Shown one piece after another: positions 1 to 9,655 of a stretch of DNA of 52,372 nucleotides. Location of the stretch: assembly GCA_020726325.1 (NCBI GenBank), contig DYST01000002.1, positions 1 to 52,372 on the forward strand, given 5' to 3'. The notes below the pieces were generated by a model. The model did not search any database. It was not told the DNA's origin and worked only from the letters and a program-made list of their open reading frames with translations. Within the stretch, counting starts at the first letter, position 1, and each line of letters starts with the position of its first letter. The DNA comes from Thiomicrospira cyclica (lineage in GTDB: Bacteria > Pseudomonadota > Gammaproteobacteria > Thiomicrospirales > Thiomicrospiraceae). Both the position numbers and the translations under genes were made by a program.

Positions 1-63
1 CGGCCTCCATTTAATCGCGTTCGTTCTGAAGCCTTATATGCCAACAACCACTAACATTAGAAT

Positions 64-1173
64 CTACGCATGAGCAAACCACTCCGCTCCCGCTCGCCCT
101 TCGACACAAGGTACACGCTTTGTCACGCCACAAAGTAATTCATAGCTAATGGTTCCTGCTTGCTGTGCTAACTGGGCAACAGGAAGCCCCTCACCCCATA
201 AAACAACAGGATCATCAACCGCGACCGATGGCAACTCAGAAACATCAACCGTAATCATATCCATCGACACGCGCCCGACCAACGGCACTAATTGCCCATT
301 AACCAACACCTGCGTACCCGAGGGGGCGTGACGCGGATAACCATCACCATAGCCAACAGCAATCACTGCAATGCGCGTATCGACAGGCACATACCAACGT
401 CCACCATAACCAATGCACTCACCAGCAAGCACTTTTTTAACGGCAATGACACGACTGACCAAAGTCATCACAGGGCGCAAACCCAAATCATCCGCTGAGA
501 CATCGCACGGACTCACGCCATAAAGCATAATACCAGGGCGAACCCAATCACCATGAGCTTGTGGCAAGTGTACAATCGCTGCCGAATTCGCCATACTGAT
601 TGGCAAGGTATCAGGCAAAGACTGTCTGACGGCATTAAAACGAGACAACTGCACTTCGCTTAACACGGAATTGGGCTCATCAGCAGCAGCAAAATGGGTC
701 ATTAAACCAATAGAAGCAATGATGTTAGATAATGCATGTAATCGTTGCCACACCCGTTCAATTTCATTAGGCGCAAAACCCAAACGGTGCATACCTGTAT
801 CAATTTTAATCCAAATCACAATTGGCAAAGATAGTTGAGAAGCCTCAAGCATCTGAAGCTGTTGCCATGAGTGCAAAACAACCCCTAACCCCTCTTGTGC
901 AACAGATGAAAACTCCTCTGTACTAAAAACCCCTTCCAACAGCACAATCGGATGTAAAACGCCCGAACGGCGTAACTCAAGTGCCTCGTCAATTGAAGCA
1001 ACGGCAAAAGCATCTGCTTCCAATAGCGATTGAGCAACGCGCTCGACACCATGACCATAGCCATTGGCTTTGACAACTGCCATAATTTTTGCCTGCCCTG
1101 ACAAAGCACGCACACGTTGCAAGTTATGACGTGCGGCATCACAATCAATATAGGCACGAATCGGACGCGACAT
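64..1173 (-). CDS. alr: alanine racemase
   Basis: 369-aa ORF with the PLP-lysine signature AVVKANGYGHG near the N-terminus and a full-length alanine racemase layout. It lies directly downstream of dnaB, as in Pseudomonas-type synteny. Confidence 0.9.
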   Translation of the reverse strand: MSRPIRAYIDCDAARHNLQRVRALSGQAKIMAVVKANGYGHGVERVAQSLLEADAFAVASIDEALELRRSGVLHPIVLLEGVFSTEEFSSVAQEGLGVVLHSWQQLQMLEASQLSLPIVIWIKIDTGMHRLGFAPNEIERVWQRLHALSNIIASIGLMTHFAAADEPNSVLSEVQLSRFNAVRQSLPDTLPISMANSAAIVHLPQAHGDWVRPGIMLYGVSPCDVSADDLGLRPVMTLVSRVIAVKKVLAGECIGYGGRWYVPVDTRIAVIAVGYGDGYPRHAPSGTQVLVNGQLVPLVGRVSMDMITVDVSELPSVAVDDPVVLWGEGLPVAQLAQQAGTISYELLCGVTKRVPCVEGRAGAEWFAHA

Positions 1174-1197
1174 GAATCATTAATCCTCTAAAAAACC

Positions 1198-2589
1198 TTA
1201 CTCATCAACCCAACCGCTACCTTGGGTAAAATTTTCAAAGCGCGTGAACTCACCCATAAAGGTCAATAAAATCTTACCAATTGGACCATTACGCTGCTTG
1301 CCAATAATCACTTCTGCCACCCCTTTTTGATCGGTATCAGGATGGTAAACCTCATCACGATAAATAAACAAAATAATATCAGCATCCTGCTCAATCGCAC
1401 CCGATTCACGCAAATCAGACATTTTAGGGCGTTTATCAGGACGTTGTTCCAAACTGCGGTTAAGCTGCGATAGGGCAATCACTGGCACTTCTAGCTCTTT
1501 CGCTAAGGCTTTTAACGAACGCGAGATTTCTGAAATTTCTTCAGTACGATTACTGTTAGGCGTATTACCGCGCATTAACTGCAAATAGTCGATCACAATG
1601 GCCGAAATATTATGTTCGCGCTTTAAGCGACGTGCGCGTGCACGCAACTCTAACGATGATAAGGCTGCTGTTTCATCGACATAAATCGGTGCATCACTGA
1701 GCTTATTAATCGCTCCAGTTAATCCAGTCCAGTCTTCAGTATCAAGCTGCCCTGTGCGTAATTTTTGTGCTGGTACACGACCAACAGACGAAATCATACG
1801 CATCATCAATTGTTCTCCCGGCATCTCTAAACTAAATACGGCAACGGCTTGCTTGCCACGCACAGCAATATTTTCGGCAATATTCATCGCAAACGTTGTT
1901 TTACCCATTGATGGGCGACCAGCAACAATAATCAAGTCGCCTTTTTGCAACCCTGCTGTTTTTTCATCAAAATCTTTATAAAAAGTTTGAATACCTGTTA
2001 CTTGGTTTGGATTTTCATACAAATCACTGATTTTTTCGACACAGATTTTTAATAAATCTTTGCTGCTCGCATAACTTTTTTTACCCGATTGCCCGAGCTG
2101 TGCAACATCAAAAATGAGCTTTTCAGCCGCATCAAGCACTTCCAAGGCTGACTTACCTTCAGGTAAAAATGCCATATGAATCGCTTCAGAACCTGCCGTA
2201 ATGAGTTTACGCAGCAATGCTTTTTCACGTACGATTTCAGCATAGACACGAATATTAGCCGCACTAGGCGTTGAAAACTCAAGCGAAGCCAAATAGCTGA
2301 TTCCACCAACTTCTTCCAGCAAATCATGGCTTTTTAAAATATCAGCAAGGGTCACCAAATCAAATGAAATGGATTTTTGTGATAGAAAAGAAATATTTCG
2401 CCAAATCAGCTGATGTGCATGCCTAAAGAAGTGCGCTTCTGTCAACAACTCCGCAACATGATCCCAACTTGAATTATCGAGCAAGAGACCACCCAAAACA
2501 GATTGTTCTGCTTCTAATGAGTGTGGGGGAACTTTTAATTGATCGCCAAGCTGCGTTAGCGGGGTATCAGAAGGCATAATTTTAGACAT
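1198..2589 (-). CDS. dnaB: replicative DNA helicase DnaB
   Basis: 463-aa ORF with the N-terminal PPHSLEAEQSVLG signature, Walker A GRPSMGKT and IVIDYLQLM in the RecA-like C-terminal domain. Confidence 0.95.
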   Translation of the reverse strand: MSKIMPSDTPLTQLGDQLKVPPHSLEAEQSVLGGLLLDNSSWDHVAELLTEAHFFRHAHQLIWRNISFLSQKSISFDLVTLADILKSHDLLEEVGGISYLASLEFSTPSAANIRVYAEIVREKALLRKLITAGSEAIHMAFLPEGKSALEVLDAAEKLIFDVAQLGQSGKKSYASSKDLLKICVEKISDLYENPNQVTGIQTFYKDFDEKTAGLQKGDLIIVAGRPSMGKTTFAMNIAENIAVRGKQAVAVFSLEMPGEQLMMRMISSVGRVPAQKLRTGQLDTEDWTGLTGAINKLSDAPIYVDETAALSSLELRARARRLKREHNISAIVIDYLQLMRGNTPNSNRTEEISEISRSLKALAKELEVPVIALSQLNRSLEQRPDKRPKMSDLRESGAIEQDADIILFIYRDEVYHPDTDQKGVAEVIIGKQRNGPIGKILLTFMGEFTRFENFTQGSGWVDE

Positions 2590-2623
2590 GGTGGCTCACT
2601 CAAAATAATCGGGCTATTATAAC

Positions 2624-2651
2624 GTAAAAAAGGGAGCCAATTGGCTCCCTT
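2624..2651 (-). terminator. rho-independent terminator after rplI
   Basis: Perfect palindrome AAGGGAGCC-AATT-GGCTCCCTT (2630-2651), followed on the minus strand by a T-run (plus-strand A-run 2626-2631). It sits about 23 nt after the rplI stop. Confidence 0.6.
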
Positions 2652-2674
2652 CTGATCGTCAACACGACAGATAC

Positions 2675-3121
2675 TTAAGCTGCTTTCACATCTACTGTAA
2701 TCGTTGCATCAACTTCAGCGTGTAGCCCGATCACAAGTTCATATGTACCAACAACGCGAATCGCGCCATCAGGCATCTGCACTTGACGACGCTCAACAGC
2801 GAAGCCTAATGCTGCCAAAGCGTCAACAACGTCTTGTGTACCCACAGAACCGAATAACTTGCCTTCATCACCCGCTTTTGTGTCGATACTAACAACCAAG
2901 CCTTGCATTTTTTCATGCGTAGCTTGTGCTGTTGCTAAATCTGCTCCTGCTTTCGCTTCTAATTCTGCACGACGCGTTTCAAATGCCTGAAGATTACCTT
3001 CAGTCGCTACACGTGCCTTACCTTTAGGAACCAAAAAGTTACGTGCATAACCGCTTTTTACAGTTACCACATCACCCATAGCACCCAAGCCTTTAACTTT
3101 TTCCATCAGAATGACATTCAT
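2675..3121 (-). CDS. rplI: 50S ribosomal protein L9
   Basis: 148-aa ORF starting MNVILMEKVKGLG..VTVKSGYARNFLVPKGKA, a typical L9 N-terminus. It is in the rpsF-rpsR-rplI operon context. Confidence 0.95.
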   Translation of the reverse strand: MNVILMEKVKGLGAMGDVVTVKSGYARNFLVPKGKARVATEGNLQAFETRRAELEAKAGADLATAQATHEKMQGLVVSIDTKAGDEGKLFGSVGTQDVVDALAALGFAVERRQVQMPDGAIRVVGTYELVIGLHAEVDATITVDVKAA

Positions 3122-3135
3122 TGCCTGTTCCTCTT

Positions 3136-4050
3136 TTAGGAATGTGAATCTGGCACAAATTTAGTGCGCCAGCGTGTCCAATTTTCCATCCAACCCAACG
3201 ATGCTACCAGCATCATCATTTGCGGTAGCACACCCAATAAAATATAAACCAGTATCAACCAACCCTTACCTGTACCGCGAACAAATACCCAGTGATGCAA
3301 AACAGCCAAGCCCTGTAGCATAAATGCCACCGTTAATAAGCCCAACATATCCTGAATTAACACCTGTTCAGGTAAAAACAGCACAGCGACAAATAAAGCA
3401 GCCAGCAACCAAGCCAAAGACGCGCCTAAGTCAAGCAGCCGAAACTGCTCACCTAAAGAGCCTGCTTCGTACAGATTTGTCTGCCACCAGCGGGCGAGAA
3501 ATAAGACTCCCAGCCAAACGACATACAAACCCATAAAAACCAACATGGTCAAAACACGCGGCATTTGTTCAAGCAAGAGACGACTCGCTTCGGGTTCGAT
3601 CGCGATGCCTTCCGCTTGCCACATAGCCAACAATTGCTGCACAAATTCCAACCATGCCGCTTCTGGTGAAGCCAACAACAGATAAACTGCTACTAAGCTA
3701 CCCAGTAAAACGACTGTCGCGACTTGAATCATCAGCGATAGAGAACGGGTTCTACCCAGCACTACCGCCAAGAAAAAAGCAGGCAACCAAAACTCCGCGC
3801 CGCTTAACAACAACGCATTGAGTGAACCAAAGGCAATGCTTGCAAAGCCACCCCCTAACAGGGTAGCCAAAAGTACACGCACACCAGGTTGTAAACCAGC
3901 CGCTAAGGTTACCAGCGCAATCACCGCGCCCGATAGGATGCCAACAGGTGAAAGAACAATCGTTGCTGCTCCTAACATAAAAGCCCATAACAAAGCCCGA
4001 TTTGGACTCTGCATAACCGCCTTAGCTAAAAACAACATGGTTAATACCAA
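3136..4050 (-). CDS. polytopic inner-membrane protein (DUF2232/YybS-like, by position and hydrophobicity)
   Basis: 304-aa ORF that is almost entirely hydrophobic helices. It occupies the rpsR-rplI slot, which holds a conserved membrane protein in Pseudomonas and yybS in Bacillus. The start is either TTG at 4050 or ATG at 4038. Confidence 0.6.
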   Translation of the reverse strand: MVLTMLFLAKAVMQSPNRALLWAFMLGAATIVLSPVGILSGAVIALVTLAAGLQPGVRVLLATLLGGGFASIAFGSLNALLLSGAEFWLPAFFLAVVLGRTRSLSLMIQVATVVLLGSLVAVYLLLASPEAAWLEFVQQLLAMWQAEGIAIEPEASRLLLEQMPRVLTMLVFMGLYVVWLGVLFLARWWQTNLYEAGSLGEQFRLLDLGASLAWLLAALFVAVLFLPEQVLIQDMLGLLTVAFMLQGLAVLHHWVFVRGTGKGWLILVYILLGVLPQMMMLVASLGWMENWTRWRTKFVPDSHS

Positions 4051-4059
4051 CCTAATCAG

Positions 4060-4284
4060 TTATTGGTGCTGGTCTGTAAACGGTAATAATGATAAATAAC
4101 GCGCACGCTTGATTGCTGACGCAAGCTGACGCTGATAACGCGCACTTGTACCAGTAATACGGCTAGGAACAATTTTACCTGTTTCGGTAATAAAGCCCTT
4201 GAGCATAGCAACATCTTTGTAATCGATTTCTTTTACATCTTCAGCTGTAAATTTACAAACTTTTTTACGATAAAAACGTGCCAT
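4060..4284 (-). CDS. rpsR: 30S ribosomal protein S18
   Basis: 74-aa ORF; [38 protein letters not shown] is a canonical S18 sequence. Confidence 0.95.
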   Translation of the reverse strand: MARFYRKKVCKFTAEDVKEIDYKDVAMLKGFITETGKIVPSRITGTSARYQRQLASAIKRARYLSLLPFTDQHQ

Positions 4285-4288
4285 TTAA

Positions 4289-4666
4289 TTACTCCTCGCC
4301 ACGACGATCATTACGATCATAATCAGGACGTTCACGACGTTCGCTTGTTTCACGACGCATCATCGGTGATTCTTCAGTCACCGCTTCATCGCGTTGCATA
4401 ATCATGTTACGCAATACCGCATCGTTGTAATAGAAAGAATTGTCTAATTCAGCAACAACATCTGTACCACATTCGATATTCATCAGAATGTAATGCGCTT
4501 TGTATGCCTTCTTAATTGGGTAAGCCAATTGACGGCGACCCCAATCTTCTAGACGATGAATTTTGCCGCCCTTACCTTCAATTAGGGTACGGTAACGGTC
4601 TACCATAGAGGTTACTTGTTCGCTCTGATCTGGGTGAACAAGAAACACAACTTCATAATGACGCAT
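4289..4666 (-). CDS. rpsF: 30S ribosomal protein S6
   Basis: 125-aa ORF starting [18 protein letters not shown], with an acidic C-terminal tail. It is immediately upstream of rpsR and there is no priB between them. Confidence 0.95.
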   Translation of the reverse strand: MRHYEVVFLVHPDQSEQVTSMVDRYRTLIEGKGGKIHRLEDWGRRQLAYPIKKAYKAHYILMNIECGTDVVAELDNSFYYNDAVLRNMIMQRDEAVTEESPMMRRETSERRERPDYDRNDRRGEE

Positions 4667-4805
4667 GAATGCTCCTTATGGATCAATGTAAAGTTACATG
4701 AGCCAGCGTTGACCTCTGCTGACAAGGAGGTTTGTGCAAAAAACACAAGCCGATAATGATAACATGCTAAACGCCCAATTAGCAAGCAAGACAACAACAA
4801 AATGC

Positions 4806-4845
4806 TTGACAATCACTCGTTTTTACATCATAATTATGAAATAAC
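4806..4845 (+). promoter_or_regulatory. sigma70-type promoter of rpmJ paralog with overlapping Zur-box-like inverted repeat
   Basis: TTGACA (4806-4811), 17 nt, CATAAT (4829-4834). The inverted repeat TTAT-gaa-ATAA within AATTATGAAATAAC (4832-4845) overlaps the -10 element. Confidence 0.45.
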
Positions 4846-4861
4846 TTATCGAGGTATCCAA

Positions 4862-4987
4862 ATGAAAATCCTATCTTCTCTAAAATCTGCAAAAACACGT
4901 CATAAAGATTGTCAAGTTGTTCGCCGCCGTGGCAAGGTTTATGTTATCTGCAAAACAAACCCAAAATTTAAAGCGCGTCAACGTTAA
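4862..4987 (+). CDS. rpmJ: 50S ribosomal protein L36, type B (YkgO-like paralog)
   Basis: 41-aa product [41 protein letters not shown] closely resembles E. coli YkgO. I trimmed the track ORF (4802) to the internal ATG that gives the canonical length. Confidence 0.9.
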   Translation: MKILSSLKSAKTRHKDCQVVRRRGKVYVICKTNPKFKARQR

Positions 4988-5012
4988 TTTTTAGTTATGA
5001 CGGACTTTTTTC

Positions 5013-5042
5013 AAAAAAAGCGGCTTAAATGCCGCTTTTTTT
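5013..5042. terminator. bidirectional rho-independent terminator
   Basis: A7-GCGGC-ttaaat-GCCGC-T7. It serves rpmJ on the plus strand and the small minus-strand ORF that ends at 5046. Confidence 0.7.
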
Positions 5043-5045
5043 GCA

Positions 5046-5198
5046 TCATTGTGATACGGCTTCACCTTCTTTTTTATCGCTTTTCGGCAAGTGTCGATTA
5101 AAGTAAATATAAAGCAACCACATAATGCCGCCCACGACAGATACTGATACAATTGTAAATAATGTGGTTAAACCAAGTGCTTGCCAAATTTGTGTCAT
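5046..5198 (-). CDS. small single-pass membrane protein (50 aa), not in the ORF track
   Basis: My own translation is MTQIWQALGLTTLFTIVSVSVVGGIMWLLYIYFNRHLPKSDKKEGEAVSQ*. It has one clear TM helix plus a charged tail, an AAGG about 10 nt upstream of the ATG, and ends at the bidirectional terminator. Confidence 0.4.
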   Translation of the reverse strand: MTQIWQALGLTTLFTIVSVSVVGGIMWLLYIYFNRHLPKSDKKEGEAVSQ

Positions 5199-5307
5199 GA
5201 ATGATGTTACCTTACTTACAGGATAATTGGTTTTGGATTCTTAATAGGGTATTATATTCAAACAGGCTCTATTTAGGGATATAAAATTCGCATGGCTAGG
5301 AGTGGAC

Positions 5308-6330
5308 ATGCAAAAAAGAGATGAACATTTTTTTGAAGACGATGATCGCAATCGATTATTAGAAGCAATTGAACAACAAGCAAAAAGCCTGTCGATGGCA
5401 AGAGGCTCAAATCAACATCGATTGAGCGATTGGTTAAATGCCGCTGAGGAAGTTATGCCTGAAGTTAAAAAGCCTGCTGTGAAGCAAATGTCACTTGCCA
5501 ATAATCCAGAAAGCAAATCTAACACGGCTCAAATCATCTGGTTCTTGTTAGCAGGTACGCTTATGTTGACACTGGCTGGTGCTGGTGGATTTTCCTATTT
5601 TCAATTGACACAACAAATTGATAATTTAGAAAAAAACTCAAAAGCAATGATCGAACGTATTGCTGAACTTGAAAAAGCAGTACAAGAAAGTGATCAAAAA
5701 ATAACACGCCTGCAAGCTGCGGACATGAGCAATGGATTTCAAACAGAAGAGACTAAAACGGAACAAACTGTAAACAAATCATCGATGCAACAACTAGAAT
5801 CATTACTGGATGCGCGTTTTAAACAATTAATTGATGCATTGGATAATCGTACACAGCATAAAGCGGCGATGTCATCAATAACAACACAACCTGCTGTACA
5901 ACCGATGAATGTCTCGGTACCAACAATAAATCCTGTCCCAGCTGCTTCAATAGCTAATGTCAGCACACCAGTTGCACCACAAATTAACGAAATTAAAATC
6001 GCACAATCAAGCAGTGATAACACTCAAATTTCTGATGTGCAGCATGAGTGGCTACAATCCCTGCCCGCTGACGCACTGGTACTTCAACTCGGCAGCAATC
6101 CTAAAGCGGATGGTTTGGCTGCCATTGGTGCTAAAATTAAGAAAAATACAAATATGACGCATGTTATTAGTGTTAAAGCTAACGGCAGTACGCGTTATAT
6201 CTTAGTATACGGTGCTTTTACAACACGTGATGAAGCAAGACAAGCAGCTGATGACGTTAAAGCAGATATTGGTGTCACTGCATGGATTAGACGTGCAGCT
6301 GATGTAAAACTATTGCTCGAAAAGCGTTAG
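5308..6330 (+). CDS. SPOR domain-containing bitopic membrane protein
   Basis: AGGAG lies 5 nt upstream of the ATG at 5308 (the track ORF starts 2 codons earlier at a GTG). There is one TM helix (IIWFLLAGTLMLTLAGAGGFSYF), a coiled-coil/low-complexity linker, and a C-terminal SPOR-like module (LVLQLGS...YILVYGAFTTRDEARQAADDV). Confidence 0.75.
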   Translation: MQKRDEHFFEDDDRNRLLEAIEQQAKSLSMARGSNQHRLSDWLNAAEEVMPEVKKPAVKQMSLANNPESKSNTAQIIWFLLAGTLMLTLAGAGGFSYFQLTQQIDNLEKNSKAMIERIAELEKAVQESDQKITRLQAADMSNGFQTEETKTEQTVNKSSMQQLESLLDARFKQLIDALDNRTQHKAAMSSITTQPAVQPMNVSVPTINPVPAASIANVSTPVAPQINEIKIAQSSSDNTQISDVQHEWLQSLPADALVLQLGSNPKADGLAAIGAKIKKNTNMTHVISVKANGSTRYILVYGAFTTRDEARQAADDVKADIGVTAWIRRAADVKLLLEKR

Positions 6331-6915
6331 AAAATGATGATGCCATTGAGCGATGGTCTGTTCTAAGGCTTGTAAGCCTTGGTCGTTTTGAATAACACCA
6401 TTGGCAATTGCGAGACGTGTATCTCTTGTTGTTTGCGCTGCAATCATTGATTTCGCCAAGCTCTCTGTGATGCCATCTCGTGCCAGCAAACGCTGATATT
6501 GCTGTTCTGCATCACAATCAACCACTAAGACAAAATCAACGTATTCGGGTACACCTGTTTCTACTAATAGCGGAATGACTACTAGCGCGTAGTCACTGCA
6601 ACAAGATGATAGCTGTTCTATCATTCGTTGCTGAATCAACGGATGCAACAATGCATTCACCCATTCACGCTCAGTTGGATTGCCAAAAATGCAATTTCTG
6701 AGATAACCTCGGTTTAATGCGCCATCGCTCAATAAAACAGCCAAACCAAAATGCGACGCAATTTGCGCCAATGCAGGCGTACCAATGGCGACAACTTCAC
6801 GCGCAATCACATCGGCATCCACAACACAAACACCATAAAGTTCGCTAAACAAGCGACTAACCGTACTTTTTCCCGACGCAATACCACCCGTTAAAGCAAT
6901 AATCAATTGAGACAA
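6310..6915 (-). CDS. coaE: dephospho-CoA kinase
   Basis: 201-aa ORF with the N-terminal P-loop IALTGGIASGKST. Length and layout are typical of CoaE. Confidence 0.9.
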   Translation of the reverse strand: MSQLIIALTGGIASGKSTVSRLFSELYGVCVVDADVIAREVVAIGTPALAQIASHFGLAVLLSDGALNRGYLRNCIFGNPTEREWVNALLHPLIQQRMIEQLSSCCSDYALVVIPLLVETGVPEYVDFVLVVDCDAEQQYQRLLARDGITESLAKSMIAAQTTRDTRLAIANGVIQNDQGLQALEQTIAQWHHHFLTLFEQ

Positions 6916-6950
6916 AGACCTCTCCGAACCTGTTGGAAAACCCCCCTCTA

Positions 6951-6971
6951 TCCCCCTTTGATAAAGGGGGA
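6951..6971. repeat. G/C-rich hairpin (REP-like) between ettA and coaE
   Basis: TCCCCCTTT-gat-AAAGGGGGA, a 9-bp stem with a 3-nt loop and no adjacent T-tract. It is the same style as the hairpin at 29706-29726. Confidence 0.5.
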
Positions 6972-6990
6972 AGTACGCAGTGCAGAGGGA

Positions 6991-8655
6991 TTATGATCTT
7001 TTAACTGGTTTGTACTTAATCCGCACAGGACCTACATCACCATGACGACGCTTATAGTCCTCTTCGTAATCTGAGTAATTTCCTGGGAAGAACTCAACAT
7101 GGCTATCGCCCTCAAAGGCAATGATATGCGTTGCAATACGATCTAAGAACCAACGGTCATGCGAAATCACCAAAGCCGTACCTGGATATTCCAATAAGGC
7201 TTCTTCTAAGGCACGCAAGGTTTCCACATCTAAGTCGTTGGTAGGCTCATCGAGTAGCAACACGTTACCGCCAGTACGCAATGTTTTTGCCAAATGAACA
7301 CGGTTACGCTCACCGCCAGACAAGTCTTTAATAAACTTACCCTGATCGCCACCCTTAAAGTTAAAGCGACCACAATAAGCACGAGAAGGAATCTCAAATT
7401 TACCAACGGTAATAATGTCAGAACCGTCAGAAATCTCTTCAAATATGGTTTTATTGCCATCCAACGTATCACGACTTTGATCCACAAAAGACAACTGCAC
7501 CGTATCACCAATCGTGACTGTGCCAGTGTCTGGTGTGTCAGTACCAATAATCATCTTAAAGAAAGTCGATTTACCTGCCCCGTTTGGACCGATAATCCCA
7601 ACAATCGCCCCTGCTGGAATACTGGCAGTAAAATCATCAATCAGTAAACGATCACCAAACGCCTTACTAATACCGTCAAAGTCGATAACCTTATTACCCA
7701 AACGCTCACCAACAGGAATAAAAATCTCGTTCGTTTCGTTGCGCTTTTGATATTCAACGCTCGACATCTCTTCGAAACGCGCCATACGCGCTTTCGACTT
7801 AGCATGACGACCTTTCGGATTGGTACGCACCCACTCCAATTCTTGCTTCATGCTTTTGATGTGTGCTTGCTCAGACTTAGACTCTTGCTCTAGGCGTTTT
7901 TCTTTCGCTTCTAACCAATTAGAGTAGTTGCCCTCGTAAGGAATACCCATGCCACGGTCAAGTTCTAAAATCCAACCTGCAACATTATCTAAGAAGTAAC
8001 GATCGTGGGTAACGGCAACGACCGTTCCTGCATAGTTATGCAAAAACTGTTCTAACCACGCAATCGATTCAGCATCCAAATGGTTGGTTGGTTCATCGAG
8101 CAATAGCATGTCGGGGTTAGATAAGAGCAAACGACATAAGGCAACGCGACGACGTTCACCACCCGATAAGGTAGTCACATCAGCATCCCAAGGTGGTAAG
8201 CGCAGCGCGTCAGCAGCGACTTCGAGTTGGTTATCGATATTATGCCCATCGCCTGCTTGCAAAATATTTTCTAACTCTGCTTGTTTGGCAGCCAAAGCAT
8301 CGAAATCGGCATCAGGTTCTGCGTAAGCAGCATAAACAGCATCAAGCTCTGCTTGTGCATCTTTAATACGTGATACTGCTTCCTCGACGTTACCACGCAC
8401 CGTTTTGCTGGGATCGAGTTGTGGCTCTTGTGGCAAATAGCCAACATTAATGCCCGCCATCGGACGTGCTTCGCCCTCGATATTAGTGTCTAATCCTGCC
8501 ATAATTTTGAGCAGTGTCGACTTACCCGAACCGTTAAGACCAAGGACACCAATCTTGGCACTAGGAAAAAACGATAACGAAATGTCTTTTAAAATATGTT
8601 TTTTTGGCGGCACCACTTTGCCGACACGATACATGGTATAAATATACTGAGCCAT
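6991..8655 (-). CDS. ettA: energy-dependent translational throttle protein EttA (ABC-F ATPase)
   Basis: 554-aa ORF starting MAQYIYTMYRVGKVVPPKKHILKDISLSFFP. It has two ABC cassettes (GLNGSGKST, GPNGAGKST; LSGGERRRV, LSGGERNRV) and no TM domains. Confidence 0.92.
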   Translation of the reverse strand: MAQYIYTMYRVGKVVPPKKHILKDISLSFFPSAKIGVLGLNGSGKSTLLKIMAGLDTNIEGEARPMAGINVGYLPQEPQLDPSKTVRGNVEEAVSRIKDAQAELDAVYAAYAEPDADFDALAAKQAELENILQAGDGHNIDNQLEVAADALRLPPWDADVTTLSGGERRRVALCRLLLSNPDMLLLDEPTNHLDAESIAWLEQFLHNYAGTVVAVTHDRYFLDNVAGWILELDRGMGIPYEGNYSNWLEAKEKRLEQESKSEQAHIKSMKQELEWVRTNPKGRHAKSKARMARFEEMSSVEYQKRNETNEIFIPVGERLGNKVIDFDGISKAFGDRLLIDDFTASIPAGAIVGIIGPNGAGKSTFFKMIIGTDTPDTGTVTIGDTVQLSFVDQSRDTLDGNKTIFEEISDGSDIITVGKFEIPSRAYCGRFNFKGGDQGKFIKDLSGGERNRVHLAKTLRTGGNVLLLDEPTNDLDVETLRALEEALLEYPGTALVISHDRWFLDRIATHIIAFEGDSHVEFFPGNYSDYEEDYKRRHGDVGPVRIKYKPVKRS

Positions 8656-8760
8656 TTTTACTTATGCTTACCCGAGATAATTTAGAAAAAAATTAATTTC
8701 TACTTGAAAATATGTACGATATTACTGCATTATACTAAGGTTTACAATCAGAGAAAGGAA

Positions 8761-9612
8761 ATGACAATGGATATAAAGCCTGAGACATTTGAGCAAAAAA
8801 TGAAGCGTGCTTTTGTGGCAATTCAAGATGTTAAAATTCCAGATATGCCAGAGGATATTATCGCGCTTGATCGTGAAATGCAGGCTCGTTATCCGAGTCA
8901 AGCAACAATGGCAGAAATTATCGGACGAAATACCATCTTGGCAGCAGAATTACTGCGTATTGCGAACTCTCCTTCGATGCGTCCACCCCAAACGATTAAA
9001 TCCATTCCACAAGGCATATCTGTATTAGGAACAAAGAACTTAAAAAATCTTTTACTTGCAAGCGCGTTGCGCGAAGTTTTTGGTTCAGCAAGAGAAATTC
9101 GAGAAATCATGGAACACTCAGCAAGTGTCGGCTTGTGTGCTGCAGAGCTTGCACAGTATGTTCATGGCATTGAAGCTGGTGAAGCCTACGCTTGTGCCTT
9201 ATTTCATAACTGTGGTGCAATCTTGCTGATGATCAAGGACAAACGCGCTTATCGTGATATTTTTCTCGACTCTCATTCGCTTCCTTTAAGCGCAATAGAA
9301 AAAGAAGAGAAAGCATTTAATACAAACCATACTGCGACAGGATTGTTGCTTGGCAAAAAGTGGCAACTCAGCCATACCATACTCAATGCAATATACGAAC
9401 ATCATACACCATCATGCAGTACAATTAAAAATGAGCAAGCTCGTTTACTGGTTGCTTTACTTAAAGTTGCCAATGGTATTGTCGCCGAATCTTCTCTTGG
9501 TGCTTATATCGGACAAGAAATGCAAGACTACATACAGGATGGCATTGATACGCTTATGTTAACGCCTGAGCAGGTAGCAAGTGTTCAAAGCTTTGAAAAA
9601 GCCCGATCATAA
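8761..9612 (+). CDS. HDOD domain-containing protein (paralog 1)
   Basis: The ATG at 8761 is preceded by AGAAAGGAA; the track ORF is trimmed from 8704. HDOD-type pattern: ILAAELLRIANSP...ISVLGTKNLKNL...LFHNCGAILL...HH. Confidence 0.8.
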   Translation: MTMDIKPETFEQKMKRAFVAIQDVKIPDMPEDIIALDREMQARYPSQATMAEIIGRNTILAAELLRIANSPSMRPPQTIKSIPQGISVLGTKNLKNLLLASALREVFGSAREIREIMEHSASVGLCAAELAQYVHGIEAGEAYACALFHNCGAILLMIKDKRAYRDIFLDSHSLPLSAIEKEEKAFNTNHTATGLLLGKKWQLSHTILNAIYEHHTPSCSTIKNEQARLLVALLKVANGIVAESSLGAYIGQEMQDYIQDGIDTLMLTPEQVASVQSFEKARS

Positions 9613-9655
9613 TACAATAAAATTCAACGGTATCGCTAAGTAAGGAGCCAATCTT

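Noticed and set aside
4667-4800. Possible S6:S18-binding leader structure upstream of rpsF. Short stems such as ACCTC...GAGGT are visible on the minus strand.
   Set aside because: Only 5-bp stems can be seen by eye, and I cannot match them to the published motif without a covariance-model search (Rfam cmscan).
8704-8760. N-terminal extensions of track ORFs, with starts at 4802, 8704, 25746, 28928, 31128, 31336, 45765, 45816, 48539 and 49125.
   Set aside because: An internal start gives the canonical N-terminus or signal peptide, has a better Shine-Dalgarno, or forms the usual ATGA/TAATG coupling. The extension at 49125 would read through a terminator hairpin.
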